Source: Hyphomicrobium sp.
GTDB taxonomy: Bacteria; Pseudomonadota; Alphaproteobacteria; Rhizobiales; Hyphomicrobiaceae
Direction: 5' to 3'
Assembly (NCBI RefSeq): GCF_019744875.1
Contig: NZ_JAIETU010000011.1
Location: 10,723-74,722, forward strand
DNA: 64,000 bases
The notes below the pieces were generated by a model, which did no database searches, had not been told where the DNA came from, and was given only the letters and a program-made list of their open reading frames with translations. Position numbers and translations under genes: made by a program. This document shows positions 63,473-64,000 of this stretch, piece after piece. Numbering within the stretch: the first letter of the stretch is position 1; each line of letters begins with the position of its first letter.

Positions 63473-64000
63473 CTAGCCCGACGTTCCGCACGCGGCGCGC
63501 AGGATGAAGGGCGCTCCCGCAAGAAGGGCGCGCACGTCGTCGGCGATGATTTGCGATTGGTCGCCCTGCGTGCGCATGCCGTAGATGAACTTCCGGATGC
63601 CCAGATAGAAAACCATGCCGTGCAGCGCCCAAAACGCTTCCTCTTCCCGCGCCGTGATCGGGAGGGATGCCAGCGTGGGGAGGCCGAGCTCGGCGCGCAG
63701 TTCCCCGCAGGCCGGGCGGATCAGCTGCGTACGGATGAGCGATACGTACCGGTTCGTCATCGGGTGGCCCTTGAGGCCGGCGAACATGAAGATGCGCATC
63801 CACTGGGCATCGAAAATGCGCTCCGCATACGCGTGATAGAAACGGATGAGCCGCTGCTCGAGCGGTTGGGACCTATCGGACAGCAAGCCCCTCCAGTCCG
63901 GATCCCACCTCGACAGGAAGACGTGGTCGTAGACGCGTTCGATGAGCGCTTCCTTGCTCGGAAAGTACCGGAAGATTGCGGAGTGGGTTATTCCCAGCGT
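63473..64000 (-). CDS. TetR-family regulator, 5' end outside the window
   Basis: The minus frame continues upstream of track ORF 63473..63886 as …TLGITHSAIFRYFPSKEALIERVYDHVF… (end of a TetR HTH). Confidence 0.7.
   Translation of the reverse strand, partial: TLGITHSAIFRYFPSKEALIERVYDHVFLSRWDPDWRGLLSDRSQPLEQRLIRFYHAYAERIFDAQWMRIFMFAGLKGHPMTNRYVSLIRTQLIRPACGELRAELGLPTLASLPITAREEEAFWALHGMVFYLGIRKFIYGMRTQGDQSQIIADDVRALLAGAPFILRAACGTSG

Noticed and set aside
16336-64000. Distal att repeat (copy of the tRNA-Glu 3' end) that would delimit a genomic island
   Set aside because: I could not find a convincing repeat of GGTTCGAGTCCCCTACGGGGCGCCA by eye in the window. The island extent is therefore left undefined.

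Overview
High-GC chromosome segment that looks alphaproteobacterial (Hyphomicrobiales-like). This call rests on gene content only (RpoH, BtaAB, NasTS, Omp2b-type porin, RhtX-like permease). From 1 to 16.2 kb it is mostly core genes: tlyA, an RNA methyltransferase, btaAB betaine-lipid genes, qor, a GST, rpoH and rluD. Embedded at 743-4280 is the most interesting system. It is an ECF sigma/anti-sigma pair followed by a signal-peptide-bearing six-Cys repeat peptide, a DUF692 (MNIO) enzyme and a DUF2063 partner. This is a bufferin-type periplasmic RiPP metallophore cluster, here without a DoxX gene. A tRNA-Glu(CUC) at 16260-16335 is followed directly by a frameshifted integrase N-terminal remnant and a methyltransferase pseudogene, which looks like a decayed island border. 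To its right lie: a complete assimilatory nitrate cluster (nasT-nasS, ANTAR leader, narK-nirBD-nasA-cobA, porin); a TonB receptor/ABC importer operon with an embedded luciferase-like monooxygenase; and a small locus of three secreted Cys/His-rich peptides (37303-38683). That locus includes an orphan paralog of the RiPP precursor with a His-rich tail and an extreme His/Arg/Trp-rich peptide. Further right are two AraC-controlled TonB-receptor siderophore-uptake modules, one of them decaying (nonsense codon in the PepSY gene, frameshift in the AraC gene). The window ends with a redox/C1 block (NAD-formate dehydrogenase, HPP, ADH, PQQ-type dehydrogenase-cytochrome c fusion), an orphan aldoxime dehydratase and a NarL-type two-component system. 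A 24-bp AT-rich palindrome (CGCTATAT-N8-ATATARCG) recurs upstream of four otherwise unrelated units. No CRISPR array, rRNA or intact IS element was seen. Many long ORFs in the supplied track are antisense or out-of-frame artefacts of high GC.
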